57,477 bases of DNA from Prochloraceae cyanobacterium (GTDB lineage: Bacteria > Cyanobacteriota > Cyanobacteriia > Cyanobacteriales > JASJDA01), in contig JASJCW010000005.1 in the NCBI GenBank assembly GCA_030065265.1, positions 1 to 57,477 of the forward strand, written 5' to 3'. Shown here in pieces: positions 30,859 through 41,594 of the stretch. Position numbers and translations under genes: made by a program. Positions within the stretch are counted from its first letter, which is position 1; every line of letters begins with the position of its first letter. Under the pieces are notes generated by a model. The model was not told where the DNA came from and ran no database searches. It was given only the letters and a program-made list of their open reading frames with translations.

Positions 30859-31398
30859 TCAAAGATTTTGCAAGATTTTATTGGCATTTAGTAACATTAT
30901 AATGTCATTATTACTATCTTTGAAGTAACCATCTAGAAAGAATCCCACCTCGCCAAATAAATCTATTGAAGAGGGATTAATTGTTTGAGAATCAAATTGA
31001 ACTATGTTCATTACATTAGGTACAACTAATCCTAATGAATTGCCCTTAACTTGCACTACCATTAAAGTCAGGTTGTTGCCTGTCGAATTTGATTTTGGGT
31101 TAGCTATAGTTACTGAGGACGGATATCCCAATCTATTTTCTAAATCTACGATCCAAAGCATTTCGCTGCGCCAACTATAAATACCCAAAACACAATAGGG
31201 CATTTGGGGCACGGGCATTATTTTATTTTCGGGTACGATAATAATTTCGGTAACAATTTCAGCTTCTAATAAAGCGCGATCGCAGCCTCCGAGTTGAAAT
31301 TGTAAGAACTTGCTCAGTTCTCGAGTTCGATCTGTTGTTAGCGATGATTTAGCCCCTAAAGTAATAGATAATGAGTTGGGCGTGGACGAACCGACCAT
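30859..31398 (-). CDS. CheW-like coupling protein (PixI-like)
   Basis: 179 aa in the operon position between the CheY and MCP genes. The CheW-like beta-barrel pattern is present (VLGIYSWRSEMLWIVDL..., LGLVVPNV). Confidence 0.75.
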   Translation of the reverse strand: MVGSSTPNSLSITLGAKSSLTTDRTRELSKFLQFQLGGCDRALLEAEIVTEIIIVPENKIMPVPQMPYCVLGIYSWRSEMLWIVDLENRLGYPSSVTIANPKSNSTGNNLTLMVVQVKGNSLGLVVPNVMNIVQFDSQTINPSSIDLFGEVGFFLDGYFKDSNNDIIMLLNANKILQNL

Positions 31399-31417
31399 AA
31401 TTTTTTGTGTCCTTGCC

Positions 31418-31783
31418 TTATTTAGCGATTAACTGTTGTACTTTATTCACCAATTCGTTGCGATCGACTGGTTTTGCTACATAAGCATCTGCACCTACTA
31501 CATCTCCCCACATTTTGTCCGCTTCGCTTGACTTGGAAGAGCAGAGAATGATCGGAATGGTCTGAGTTATTTTATCTGCTTTAAGCTGACGACACATTTC
31601 AAAGCCACTTTTACCGCCCATTACCACGTCTAGGACGATTAAATTAGGCTGATGGAGATCGATTTTGTTCATTGCATCTTCAGCACTGTCGGCATCAAAA
31701 ACTGTTAAACCAAGTTCTTGTAAATAGCTACTGATGACTTTACGATCTGTCAAACTGTCGTCAACAACTAGAACTTTACTCAT
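31418..31783 (-). CDS. Single-domain CheY-like response regulator (PixH-like)
   Basis: 121 aa. VLVVDDS...LIVLDVVMGGKSGFE...ILCSSK...AYVAKP carries the receiver D-D-D-T/S-K pattern. Confidence 0.9.
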   Translation of the reverse strand: MSKVLVVDDSLTDRKVISSYLQELGLTVFDADSAEDAMNKIDLHQPNLIVLDVVMGGKSGFEMCRQLKADKITQTIPIILCSSKSSEADKMWGDVVGADAYVAKPVDRNELVNKVQQLIAK

Positions 31784-31922
31784 GAAGGATAACTCCGTTT
31801 CAGTTGTTGTTTAAGTTTATATTTTACAGTTATATAGTTCCCTATAACCACTTAATAATAACATCTAGAGACCTGTGATTTTTTTGTTGGGATCTTTGGA
31901 GAAGAGAAATTCTAAGCTTGTC

Positions 31923-33092
31923 TTAGTTGGTTTGAATTTGATATTCGAGGAGAATTTTCTGGATAACTTTAACTACTTTTTGGTCGTCGATGGGTTTGGA
32001 CATAAAATCGCAAGCACCGACTAATTTAGCACGCATTCGATCGACAATACCGTCTTGGCCCGTAAGCATAACGATGGGGATGTTTTGTAATTGAGAAATC
32101 CTGCCTATTTGGGAGCAAAGTTCGTAACCGTTAATAATTGGCATCCTTACGTCTAAAAAAATCAGATCGGGGGGATTGGCTATTAAAGTGGGAATTGCTT
32201 GCAATGGTTGCTGAATTGAGATAAATTTATATCCGGCTTTGGTAATAATTTGTTCCATAATTAAACCAATTTGTAAGCTATCATCAATACAAGCGATTAG
32301 GGCAGGGCCTTTATTGCGAATCGTTTTGGGGGGAGAAGTTGCGATCGGATTAATTGGGGCTTCAATATCGCCGACTTCGATTAAATCTATATAGCCTCGA
32401 TTGATGTAGGGTACGAGGGAAGAGATAATTGTGATTGGATCGCTTTTCATTTGTAAAGCGAGGTCGCGCAAAGTATTATTCCCATCGAGCAAGGCGACAA
32501 AGTTATTGTAGACAACTTGATTGACTGATTCTTGGAGTCGTTTTGGTTCGGCGATAGTGGGGGCTAAGTTAGGAGAATAGGAACTGAGATCTTTTTGAGT
32601 CCAAAGGGCCCATTTTTCTTGGCTGGCGGTTATGGCAGCAGCAGGATCTAAAAAAACGGGGGAGTTCTTAGATAAGGATAATCCATAATCGGAGATTGGA
32701 AAATTTGCATAAGATATCGATTCGATCGCTTGATGTTCGATGATTTCAAAAATTATTTCATCAATCGACTCGATCGCCATTGCTTTGGCTGATTCTGCTT
32801 GAATTAGTTTGCGCGCTAATAATAGGGTTAAAGTTTGATATTTGAGGCTTTCAAATTGTTCTTTTGTGCTGAGACTAATCTTGGTTAAATCGATATTGTG
32901 GCAATATTTACTTAATAGTCTGCGCCAAGATCTGTTAGGATGAAGACCGCCATCACCCCAAATTAGGCGGCCCGAAGCAAAGAAAAGTTGCCATCTTTCT
33001 TCGCTCGTTGAGTTTACTTCGAGTTTGCCGGTAAATTGGTCGGTTGCCAGCAGATTTACTTTTGTGAATAGATCGATATTTTCTCGAGTCAT
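31923..33092 (-). CDS. PatA-type response regulator (N-terminal PATAN/DUF4388-like domain + REC), copy 2
   Basis: The N-terminus contains FTGKLEV...GRLIWGDGGLHPNRSWRRLL. The C-terminal receiver is ACIDDS...LIFLDVRMPIINGYE...MLTG...FMSKP. Confidence 0.8.
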   Translation of the reverse strand: MTRENIDLFTKVNLLATDQFTGKLEVNSTSEERWQLFFASGRLIWGDGGLHPNRSWRRLLSKYCHNIDLTKISLSTKEQFESLKYQTLTLLLARKLIQAESAKAMAIESIDEIIFEIIEHQAIESISYANFPISDYGLSLSKNSPVFLDPAAAITASQEKWALWTQKDLSSYSPNLAPTIAEPKRLQESVNQVVYNNFVALLDGNNTLRDLALQMKSDPITIISSLVPYINRGYIDLIEVGDIEAPINPIATSPPKTIRNKGPALIACIDDSLQIGLIMEQIITKAGYKFISIQQPLQAIPTLIANPPDLIFLDVRMPIINGYELCSQIGRISQLQNIPIVMLTGQDGIVDRMRAKLVGACDFMSKPIDDQKVVKVIQKILLEYQIQTN

Positions 33093-33305
33093 TTTCTATT
33101 GCGATCGCTTCAAATTTAAGATTAGATTAGTTTGATATTAATTTCAAATCACTCGGCATAACAGATCTAATAATTAATATTTAAATAATTTATTCTACGA
33201 TATCAAGAGAAATCAATAGGTTAAACTAGTCGAACAGATTGCTAGGAGTTTAGGTCAAATTTGAAAAACTCGATGCAGTTTTGCTGTCGTAGTCGAAGGA
33301 TATAT

Positions 33306-34523
33306 TTAAATATTGCTAGTATCTGTAGAGTACAAGAGTAAGTTTTCAATTGCACCTAAAATTTTGGGAACTTCGAGAGGTTTAGAGAGAAAGGCAGAAG
33401 CACCGACCATTTTTGCTTTGACGCGATCGACTATGCCATCGTTACCGGTAAGAATTACAATCGGGATATCTTTAAATTTGGAAACCCTTCTTAATTGGGT
33501 ACAAATTTCGTATCCGTTAACTACGGGCATGCCGATATCTAAAAAGATTAAGTCGGGATTTGCTGCTATTAGGGTAGGAACAGCTTGTAAAGCCTGCTGA
33601 ACGGAAATATAGCGATAACCTTCTTTTTCCATAATTTGCTGCATGATTTTGCAAATCTGAGGGCTATCGTCGATACAGGCAATTAGAGGGCGATCGTTAT
33701 TTTTATTGTTAATGTTAGTTTTGGGGACAAGCGGAGAACTTACAGCAGATTTTTTGCGATCTCTTTGAACTCGAAGATCGGGAATTTCTTGTAGTTGAAT
33801 GAAACCTTGACGAATGTAAGGTAGCAGGGAAAGAGTTAATTTAATTGGTTCTTGTTTCATTTGAACGGCTAAGTCTTTGAGGGTTTTTTTGCCGTCAATT
33901 AGTTGAGTAAAATTTTGATAAATAACTTTTGATACTTTTTGTTGTAGTTTTTCTTGTTGTTGTAATATCGGTGCTAAATTAGGCGATATTTTTGTTAGTC
34001 CTTGCTCCGTCCATAAAGACCAATCTTGATATGCTTGTTCTAATGCTTGTGATGCGTCGATCAAACCCAAAGACATTTTTAGTCCTGAAGCGAAAAGCGA
34101 ATCGCCAGAACCGTTAAAAAGTTTGTATTCTAAAACTGTTTTATTGCTAATTTGGATTATTTCAAATAGGACTTCGTTAATTTTGTTCTTAATTAGTAAA
34201 GTCAGGTCTTCTTGAGTAATAATATCGTGTTGACGCAGCATCGTGAGATAGTAATAGTTAGAACATTCAAATTCTTCTGCACGCTCAATATCTGCTTCTT
34301 TTACTTGGAGATCGGGCAAGTATTTTTTAAGCAATCTTTGCCAAGATCTGTTAGGATGGTTGCCCCCGTCAGCCCAAATCAGCCGACCCAAACCAAAATA
34401 TATAGTCCATTGCAAGCTTGCTGTTGGAGATTTTACTTCTAATTTTCCAGTAAATTGTTCTTGCTGGAGCGTAATTAGCTGTTGATTGAGGGTTTCGTTT
34501 GTCAAGTCTTTTGTTTGGTTCAT
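33306..34523 (-). CDS. PatA-type response regulator (PATAN + REC), copy 1 (PixG/PilG-like)
   Basis: It has the same architecture as copy 2. The motifs are FTGKLEV...GRLIWADGGNHPNRSWQRLL and ACIDDS...LIFLDIGMPVVNGYE...ILTG...FLSKP. Confidence 0.8.
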   Translation of the reverse strand: MNQTKDLTNETLNQQLITLQQEQFTGKLEVKSPTASLQWTIYFGLGRLIWADGGNHPNRSWQRLLKKYLPDLQVKEADIERAEEFECSNYYYLTMLRQHDIITQEDLTLLIKNKINEVLFEIIQISNKTVLEYKLFNGSGDSLFASGLKMSLGLIDASQALEQAYQDWSLWTEQGLTKISPNLAPILQQQEKLQQKVSKVIYQNFTQLIDGKKTLKDLAVQMKQEPIKLTLSLLPYIRQGFIQLQEIPDLRVQRDRKKSAVSSPLVPKTNINNKNNDRPLIACIDDSPQICKIMQQIMEKEGYRYISVQQALQAVPTLIAANPDLIFLDIGMPVVNGYEICTQLRRVSKFKDIPIVILTGNDGIVDRVKAKMVGASAFLSKPLEVPKILGAIENLLLYSTDTSNI

Positions 34524-34681
34524 AAGGCAGTTTCGGCTCTCAATTTGAAGGTTTTATCTCTTTTTTACTCAAATAGTTGGAATGTAGTTTAAATTTTCAA
34601 ATAAAATTATTATTTCAATAATAATTAAACTAAAGTTCGTATCGGTATTATTTGCATTAGTAAAACGATCTAAACAAACAT

Positions 34682-35572
34682 ATGATTTCAGGCCAAAGTA
34701 TTAATAAAAGGTTTCTAGTTCCTTATTTGTTTATTTTGCCCGCCGCAATTGTTTTAGGTTTGACTGTATTTATACCGGGTATTGGTGCATTTTCTTTGAG
34801 TTTTTCTCAATATAATTACGATATAACGATATTACCAGAGTGGGTCGGACTAGCTAATTTCCAACGTTTGCGAACTGATGAATTATTTTGGCAGTGTTTG
34901 AGAAACACTTTTATTTATCTAATTGGTGTAGTTCCTGTATTAGTTTTTGCTCCTTTAGGGTTAGCTATTTTAGTCGATCGCAAACTAAGAGGAATTAACT
35001 GGTTTCGCTTGCTCTACTATACCCCAGTATTAGTTTCAATGGTAGTGGCAGGAATTGCTTGGAAAGCACTTTATGCTTCTAATGGTTTAATCAATCAATG
35101 GTTAAAACAATTAGGTTTCGATGTTGTTATTCCTTGGTTAACTAGCCCGCAATTGACACTTTGGAGTGTGATGATGGTGACAATTTGGAAGGGAATAGGT
35201 TATTATATGGTGATTTATTTGGCAGGATTGCAATCAATTCCCAAACAATTATACGAGGCGGCTGCAATTGATGGCTCGGATGGTTTAAGCAAGCATTGGG
35301 ATATTACTTTACCTTTGATGAGGCCTTATTTAGTATTGGTAGGATGTCTGTCGGCAATTTCTGCAACCAAAGTTTTTGAAGAAGTTTTTGTGATGACCAA
35401 AGGGGGGCCGAATAATAGTTCTAAAACTATAGTTTATTATCTTTGGGAAAAAGCTTTTGATGAGTTCGATATTAATTATGCTTGTACGATCGGATTGGTA
35501 TTGTTTTTGGGTATTTTAGGTTTGTCAATTTTAAATTTGTACGTATCCCAATATACACGTAGCCGGGACTAG
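34682..35572 (+). CDS. Carbohydrate-type ABC transporter permease (MalF/UgpA family)
   Basis: 296 aa with 6 TM segments. The EAA loop is LYEAAAIDGSDGLSKHWDITLPLMRP. No partner permease, SBP or ATPase gene is adjacent. Confidence 0.85.
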   Translation: MISGQSINKRFLVPYLFILPAAIVLGLTVFIPGIGAFSLSFSQYNYDITILPEWVGLANFQRLRTDELFWQCLRNTFIYLIGVVPVLVFAPLGLAILVDRKLRGINWFRLLYYTPVLVSMVVAGIAWKALYASNGLINQWLKQLGFDVVIPWLTSPQLTLWSVMMVTIWKGIGYYMVIYLAGLQSIPKQLYEAAAIDGSDGLSKHWDITLPLMRPYLVLVGCLSAISATKVFEEVFVMTKGGPNNSSKTIVYYLWEKAFDEFDINYACTIGLVLFLGILGLSILNLYVSQYTRSRD

Positions 35573-35705
35573 TCGCAGGAGCGAAATCTAAGTTTTTGTG
35601 AATAAAATTGTAACTTAATATTTTAGGTATTGATTCAAATCGGCGTTATTTAAGATCTAAAATATTATCGGATTTTAAATATTGATTTTAATTAGTAAGT
35701 AAAAT

Positions 35706-35867
35706 TATACCAATTCTGAAAAATGAGGCTATAGATACAATGAATTATTCTCACTCAAGACCGGTTAATTATTATCTTGACCTCCTACCTAGACCGACTA
35801 ACCCCTGACCTCTGACCTCTGACCCCTGACCACCCAACTGTAACAATATTAAATAGAAATGGTATGA
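35706..35867 (+). repeat. Composite MITE-like element, CCYCTGA-heptamer subfamily
   Basis: The left module is TATACCAATTCTGAAAAATGAGGCTATAGATACAATG and the heptamer array is at 35781-35836. The right module is CAACTGTAACAATATTAAATAGAAATGGTAT. The reverse complement of 50290-50397 matches both end modules. Confidence 0.65.
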
Positions 35868-35933
35868 TGTCAAGATATTAGCAGATTTGGATACGAGAGT
35901 TATTCGATTCACTATTAGTATTATTGCTGCCGA

Positions 35934-38900
35934 TTAAAATCTTGTTTCGTATTCAATCAGAAGTCGATTATCTCCTGATAAGTCAGTAGAACCGCGCAAA
36001 AGCAGATTTTGATTGATGCGATAGCGCAAGCCAAAACGGAAAGGTTCGGCGGGGGCAGTCAGGATTTTTTCAACGGAAAAGGAAGAGCGATTAGTGATAT
36101 CGATCGCGGCCTCAACACCTAAATCGAGGGTTTGATTGTTTCTACTATCGTCGTCTTCTTCTTCGCCAATAATTTGAGTGGGGAAGATACGCAATTCACT
36201 CAAACCGAGAACGCGGGCAAGATCGTTTTGAAAAGTGCCAAAAAATGCCGTACCTGCGAGGTTAATTAATCCAATAGTCGGATCTCCTCCTCGAGACAGA
36301 CTTTCGACAAAAGTACCCCCTAGCAGGGAAATGATTTCTGTTTCGCTTCGAGGTGGACTGCTAGTTAATTGGAGGTTTTCTTCGATTTGAGAGGCGTATC
36401 CTCTGACTCTGGCTTGAATGCGAACTGTTTCGAGAGTGCCAAAGTTAAAGTTAGGGTTATCGATAATTTCACTGGTGACGAAAACATCGCTGGGAACGGC
36501 AATTCTTCTCGATTCTAATACTGAGGTTCTCAGTCTGACATCTAAGAAAGGATCTAAGGGGCGATCGGCTGAAAAACGAGCTATATTTTTGTACCCTTTA
36601 ACTAAACTGAATTGGGTGGTGAAAAGATTAATCCTACCTCTTTTTAGTTCGATAATTCCTTGGGGAATGATTTGGGCGATGCTGCCATTAACAATTAACG
36701 TTCCGGTGGCAATAAAGTCAACAATCGGTACGATTTCGATCGCAACATTGTTAACGGTTGGAGAAAAGACGATCGCAACGTCGCGATCGAGGTCGAGTTT
36801 AAAGTTATCAAATTCTATCGCTAGGGCCGGCTGGTTGGTTGGGTTTTCTGTTTGAGTATTTCCTGCTTGTGAGTTAGTTTGGGCTAGTTCGACTCTTCCC
36901 TTGGATAAGGTAACATTTCCGCCAATAGTTGGTTCAAATAAACTTCCGGTAACGATAACTGTTCCATTGACTGCACCTCGATATAGTTGTTGAAATTTGA
37001 GGTTTAATCGTTCCAATTTAACTGTGAGGGGTCGATCGCTGGTAATGTTGGTATCTCGTAGGGGTAAATTTCCGGCTATTTCTATAGTGCCGCCACTTGC
37101 TAGAGATCCTTTGAAATTTTGCACTCTGAGGCGATCGAAGTCGAATAAAATTTTACTGTTAATATTTTTAAGGGGTGCTTCTGGCAGTAATTCTGGGGCT
37201 GCGATCGTGCTGTCGATCAGATTGATATTTCCTCGGGCGTTTAATTGAGTTAAATTAAATGTTTCTGGTTCTAAGTTAGCTGAGATATCTAGCTTGACGT
37301 TTCCTTGTCCTTCTATCCAAGCTATTTGGCCTCTGGTGAGGATATTGAGGAGGATCGGGGCTTTGTCGGGGATGTCTACTTGAATGCTTAATTGTTGGTT
37401 GTCTGGTGCGACTGTGGCGAAGGGAAGTTGGTAAGGTATGCTGCCAGAAACGATCGCGGGTTTGGCTGATTCGGTTAAAATACTGTTGATGGCAAACTCG
37501 AGCCTGGCGTTGCGATTGTTGTTGTAGTCGAAGTTTCCTTCTAATGTTTCCACCGATCTTTGATTGATTTTAGCGTTGTCGATTGTTAAAGTTGCTTTGG
37601 CGATCGGATTATCTATGCTGCCACCAATATTTGCGGTCGCGTTGAGAAAGCCTTCTAATTGAATCGCTTCGGGCAGATCGATTAATTTTTCGATCGCTGC
37701 TACTGAGATGTTTTCCAAGTTTAGCTGGCCGGAAACGGTATCTAGGGCGGTATCTGCATTAGAAAAGTCAATACTGCTGGTTAGGGCGATCGTTCCTGCT
37801 TGATATTTTATTTCTAAGGGCAAGATTGTCAGAACGTTATCGAAGACACTGCCTTTTATATTTAGTTGGGATAAATCTATTTTTTTGCTGTTTTCTCGCT
37901 CTCCCCACTGCCAATTTTTTCCGTTAAAATCAAATTCCGAGCGATCGATTTGAATCCCGGAGTCGATCGCCCCGGCAATTGTTAAGCTGCCGTCAAATTG
38001 CCCTCGCAGTTCTTCGAGTGGTGGCAGTATGGCGGTTTTTTGACTTTCTTGTTGGCGAGCGAGAAATGTTTGTATTTCTGCAAAACGGCGCAATCTCCGC
38101 ATTATACTGGCTTTTGGTCTGCCGATGCTAAATAATGGCGGATTTGTTGGTTCAAAGGATGTTTCTTCGGGGGCTGGGGGAATGCATAGGGCTGGTGGAG
38201 TTTGGGAGTTGCATCTAGGTAAGGATTTGGGAGTTAGGTCTGTTTGTTCTGTATATAAGTCTGCGGCAGTTCCTGTAGCTTGATTGTCGCCGTAGGATTC
38301 TATTATCGGTAAAATTGCAATTAGATTTTGGATTTTTCCGTTTTGAACTGTCAGATTGCTTTTAAATTTGCGATTTCCGGTAGTTGCTATTGAAGTATCT
38401 TCTAAAATATATTTGGTTGCTTTTTTTTGAATCGTTCCCTTATTTAATAAAAATTGTCCGTTGTTGTATCTAAAGGCGGCGGTGATGCGATCGAAGGATA
38501 AAGCCGATACTTTATTACCGGAGTTTGTGGCAATTCCTGGAGAGGTAATTTCAAAGTTGTCGCTAGAAAATGCGAAGGTATTTAAGTTTAAATTTAAGTC
38601 TGTGGAGAGATTGCCCGTTAATTTTTGAGATATTAATGCTGGAGGTACATTGATGCCGGCAAATGGGGCAAAGTCTTTAATTATATTAATTGGCAGTCGA
38701 GCTATTTCTAATAAGAATATCTCTCTTTGTTTTTTGCCTGCGATCGCAATATTATTTAAGTTTATTTGTAAAGCTCTTGGTTGGTATGAGGGGGATAAAT
38801 TAATGTTAATGCGATCGCTCGTTCCGCTTAAGTTTAATCCGATTCCTGTTGCTGGATTTGCGGCGATATTTCCGGTTAAATTCTCAGTTGTTAAACTACA

Positions 38901-41411
38901 AATTGCCAAGTTTCGCAATGCTAATTGTCCGTCTATTTTTGGAGCTAATAACGTCCCCGATGCCGTACCGTTAAAGTCTAATTTTCCTTGGACTGGAAGG
39001 GTGCTAAGACGACCTGGAAATAATCCGGGCAATGGTGCTAGATTTAGTTCTCTAGCATTAAGATCGAAATAGTATTGTTCTATAACTAATTCTTTCGGAT
39101 TGAGATCGACGAATCCAGATAAATTAAAGTTTTTTGCCTCAGCTTTTTTAATTTCTAAACGTCTTCCGTTCCAATTGAAAATTGTATTTAAATTGTTTTC
39201 AACAATAGCAATTCCGCGAGTAAAGTTTAACTCTCCGTTTGCTGCGATCGCGGCTGGATTGAGGTCGTTTAAATTACCAGACAAAGCAATTTTACCGTTG
39301 AGAGATCCTCGCAATATATTATTAAAGCGATCGCTCAAATTAAATCGATCTAAATCGATCCGATCTGCTGTTATTGTTGTGTCGAATTTACCTTTATTTA
39401 CTTGCAATTTTTCTATATTTAAATTTCCCGCTCCTAAGAATAGGCTGCCACTGCCATCAGCATTAAGCTCGTTAACGTTCCAACCATTTAAACTACCTGT
39501 CAAGTTGAGTTGACCGCTTACTGATTCTAAAATATTAATATTTTCTAATTTTAAATTGTCTGCTCTTAAATTACTCGACCAATTGCCGCGAACGAATTCA
39601 AATTTTTCGGCAATTATTTGACCGCCTTGGGTCATATTTACGGTAGCATAATCTGCGATCGCAGTAATACTATTTGTTTCAAAAGAATAATCGCTGCCAG
39701 AAATATTAAAAGCTGTATTTAAACGTCCGATATCGCCAATTTGCTGGTTATATATTTTAAATTCAGAGACTAGAACGTCTCCACTCCAATTATCTTTTCT
39801 AACTTCAAAATTGCTAATCTTAATATTTCCTCCAGCCATTGCAATGTTGGCTGTTACTGTGGCCTTATTATTAGCAAATGCACCAGAAACATTAGCTGCG
39901 CCATCGGCTAAACCGAGAACTAAAGGTAAATTTTCAGTATATTCAAGAGCGATCGCATCTGCAGAAACATCTTTTGCTTGTAGTTGAATTTGAAATAAAT
40001 TATCGCCTTCTAATTGAGTTTTGCCCGTTCCGGTAACCGTTCCTCCTACTAAAGGAGTTGCATTTAGTTGTGTTAAATAAAGAAAAGCATTTTTGACTTC
40101 TATATCTGCATCTAAAGAGTTAAATTTAACGCGATCGACTCCAATTAAACCGACATTGTTAGCATCGATAATGACTTCTGGATTTTCAATTTCTCCAATT
40201 ACTTCTAAATTTGCTTGAACTTTTCCCGATACGGCTACTGGTAATTTTGGCAGTTTAAAAGCATTCAATAACTGCATTATTGTAATTGGTTTTGTAGTAG
40301 CTTTGATATTGTAGCCAGTCTCGCTGCGATCGAGATTTTGCGGATCTAAAGGAATCGTCAAACTACCGTTTGCTGCTGCTGGAATTGCCCCTAAAAATCC
40401 GGTAATATTTTCTAATTCTATTTTATTACCGCTAAATTTTACTTGACCGTTACCTTTAGTAAAAGGCCGAGGAAGTTGAGCTAATCTCATGGTGACATCT
40501 TCAATTTTTCCGACCCCATTGAGAGCGTCAACTACGCCTTTTGTTGCGATTATTTGAAATCCGGGGGTACTTAATTTTCCTGCTTCTAATTGGAAAGGTA
40601 ATGCGAGTATTCTATTTAAAGTATTTGCAGGTACTTTTGCTGCTGCAATTTCTACTTCTATTTTCTCTTCGGGAATAGAAAAATTACCTGCAGCTTGGAG
40701 AGTTCCCCCGCTTGTTAATTTCCCTTCTTCTGCTTTAAATGCGATCGATTTAGCATCAGTAAGAAATTTACTATCTGCAGAATTGACGATCGCAGATTTT
40801 ATAGTCCCCGCGACCGTTTTTTTTGTTGCTCCTTTCAGGGTTTTTCCAACTAGTTCAAATTGGATATTTTCGACTTCAATTTCTGCTAAATTGATTTCAT
40901 ATTTGATAAACCCTTCTGGAGGTGGATTTTCTTTGAGTTGAAGTACGGAAATATCCCAAATATATTCTCGTTCTTGTTCGATTTGCTCTAAATGCAATTT
41001 TGCATCTAACAAATTAATATCTAAATTTAATTTAAACGTACGTTGAAATAATAATTTAATTGGATCGATATTGTATGCGACTCTAACTGATTTTACGGTT
41101 GCGTGAGTTAGATATTTTTCATCTTTAACTATTTCACTCGCACCAAAAGTAATTGTATTCGGTGAAAAACTTGTTAATTTACCTATTTTAATTTTACGCT
41201 TGGCAAAAACATTTTCATTAACTTGTTTTTCTACTAATTCTGCTAATTGAAATTGAACGAAATACCAGCTATAGATTAATCCTCCACCTATTCCTATTAA
41301 TAAAATACAGCCACTTCCCAATAATATTTTGCGCTTCCAGCTAGAGGATTTGTTGCGATCGGATTCTCTTTCTTGATTATTTTGGGGATTGGAATTAGGA
41401 GACTGTCTCAT
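35934..41411 (-). CDS. TamB/AsmA-like translocation and assembly module protein (cyanobacterial homologue of plastid TIC236)
   Basis: 1825 aa. A single N-terminal TM anchor is followed by a very long beta-rich repetitive body. The C-terminal DUF490-like end is FRFGLRYRINQNLLLRGSTDLSGDNRLLIEYETRF. Confidence 0.8.
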   Translation of the reverse strand: MRQSPNSNPQNNQERESDRNKSSSWKRKILLGSGCILLIGIGGGLIYSWYFVQFQLAELVEKQVNENVFAKRKIKIGKLTSFSPNTITFGASEIVKDEKYLTHATVKSVRVAYNIDPIKLLFQRTFKLNLDINLLDAKLHLEQIEQEREYIWDISVLQLKENPPPEGFIKYEINLAEIEVENIQFELVGKTLKGATKKTVAGTIKSAIVNSADSKFLTDAKSIAFKAEEGKLTSGGTLQAAGNFSIPEEKIEVEIAAAKVPANTLNRILALPFQLEAGKLSTPGFQIIATKGVVDALNGVGKIEDVTMRLAQLPRPFTKGNGQVKFSGNKIELENITGFLGAIPAAANGSLTIPLDPQNLDRSETGYNIKATTKPITIMQLLNAFKLPKLPVAVSGKVQANLEVIGEIENPEVIIDANNVGLIGVDRVKFNSLDADIEVKNAFLYLTQLNATPLVGGTVTGTGKTQLEGDNLFQIQLQAKDVSADAIALEYTENLPLVLGLADGAANVSGAFANNKATVTANIAMAGGNIKISNFEVRKDNWSGDVLVSEFKIYNQQIGDIGRLNTAFNISGSDYSFETNSITAIADYATVNMTQGGQIIAEKFEFVRGNWSSNLRADNLKLENINILESVSGQLNLTGSLNGWNVNELNADGSGSLFLGAGNLNIEKLQVNKGKFDTTITADRIDLDRFNLSDRFNNILRGSLNGKIALSGNLNDLNPAAIAANGELNFTRGIAIVENNLNTIFNWNGRRLEIKKAEAKNFNLSGFVDLNPKELVIEQYYFDLNARELNLAPLPGLFPGRLSTLPVQGKLDFNGTASGTLLAPKIDGQLALRNLAICSLTTENLTGNIAANPATGIGLNLSGTSDRININLSPSYQPRALQINLNNIAIAGKKQREIFLLEIARLPINIIKDFAPFAGINVPPALISQKLTGNLSTDLNLNLNTFAFSSDNFEITSPGIATNSGNKVSALSFDRITAAFRYNNGQFLLNKGTIQKKATKYILEDTSIATTGNRKFKSNLTVQNGKIQNLIAILPIIESYGDNQATGTAADLYTEQTDLTPKSLPRCNSQTPPALCIPPAPEETSFEPTNPPLFSIGRPKASIMRRLRRFAEIQTFLARQQESQKTAILPPLEELRGQFDGSLTIAGAIDSGIQIDRSEFDFNGKNWQWGERENSKKIDLSQLNIKGSVFDNVLTILPLEIKYQAGTIALTSSIDFSNADTALDTVSGQLNLENISVAAIEKLIDLPEAIQLEGFLNATANIGGSIDNPIAKATLTIDNAKINQRSVETLEGNFDYNNNRNARLEFAINSILTESAKPAIVSGSIPYQLPFATVAPDNQQLSIQVDIPDKAPILLNILTRGQIAWIEGQGNVKLDISANLEPETFNLTQLNARGNINLIDSTIAAPELLPEAPLKNINSKILFDFDRLRVQNFKGSLASGGTIEIAGNLPLRDTNITSDRPLTVKLERLNLKFQQLYRGAVNGTVIVTGSLFEPTIGGNVTLSKGRVELAQTNSQAGNTQTENPTNQPALAIEFDNFKLDLDRDVAIVFSPTVNNVAIEIVPIVDFIATGTLIVNGSIAQIIPQGIIELKRGRINLFTTQFSLVKGYKNIARFSADRPLDPFLDVRLRTSVLESRRIAVPSDVFVTSEIIDNPNFNFGTLETVRIQARVRGYASQIEENLQLTSSPPRSETEIISLLGGTFVESLSRGGDPTIGLINLAGTAFFGTFQNDLARVLGLSELRIFPTQIIGEEEDDDSRNNQTLDLGVEAAIDITNRSSFSVEKILTAPAEPFRFGLRYRINQNLLLRGSTDLSGDNRLLIEYETRF

Positions 41412-41594
41412 TTTTATATTTTTTTATAATAGGTTTATAAATCTTTACTTGTGGAATTCGATTAACCTATTGTTAATGCTAGATTATCTTAACAGTGTTT
41501 GACTAATTTTACTTCTATCTTAAGAGTTAAGAATGACTAAAATGATTCGCTCTAATTTTGTTATTTGTATTTATTTTAAAAAAGATTAAAAACC

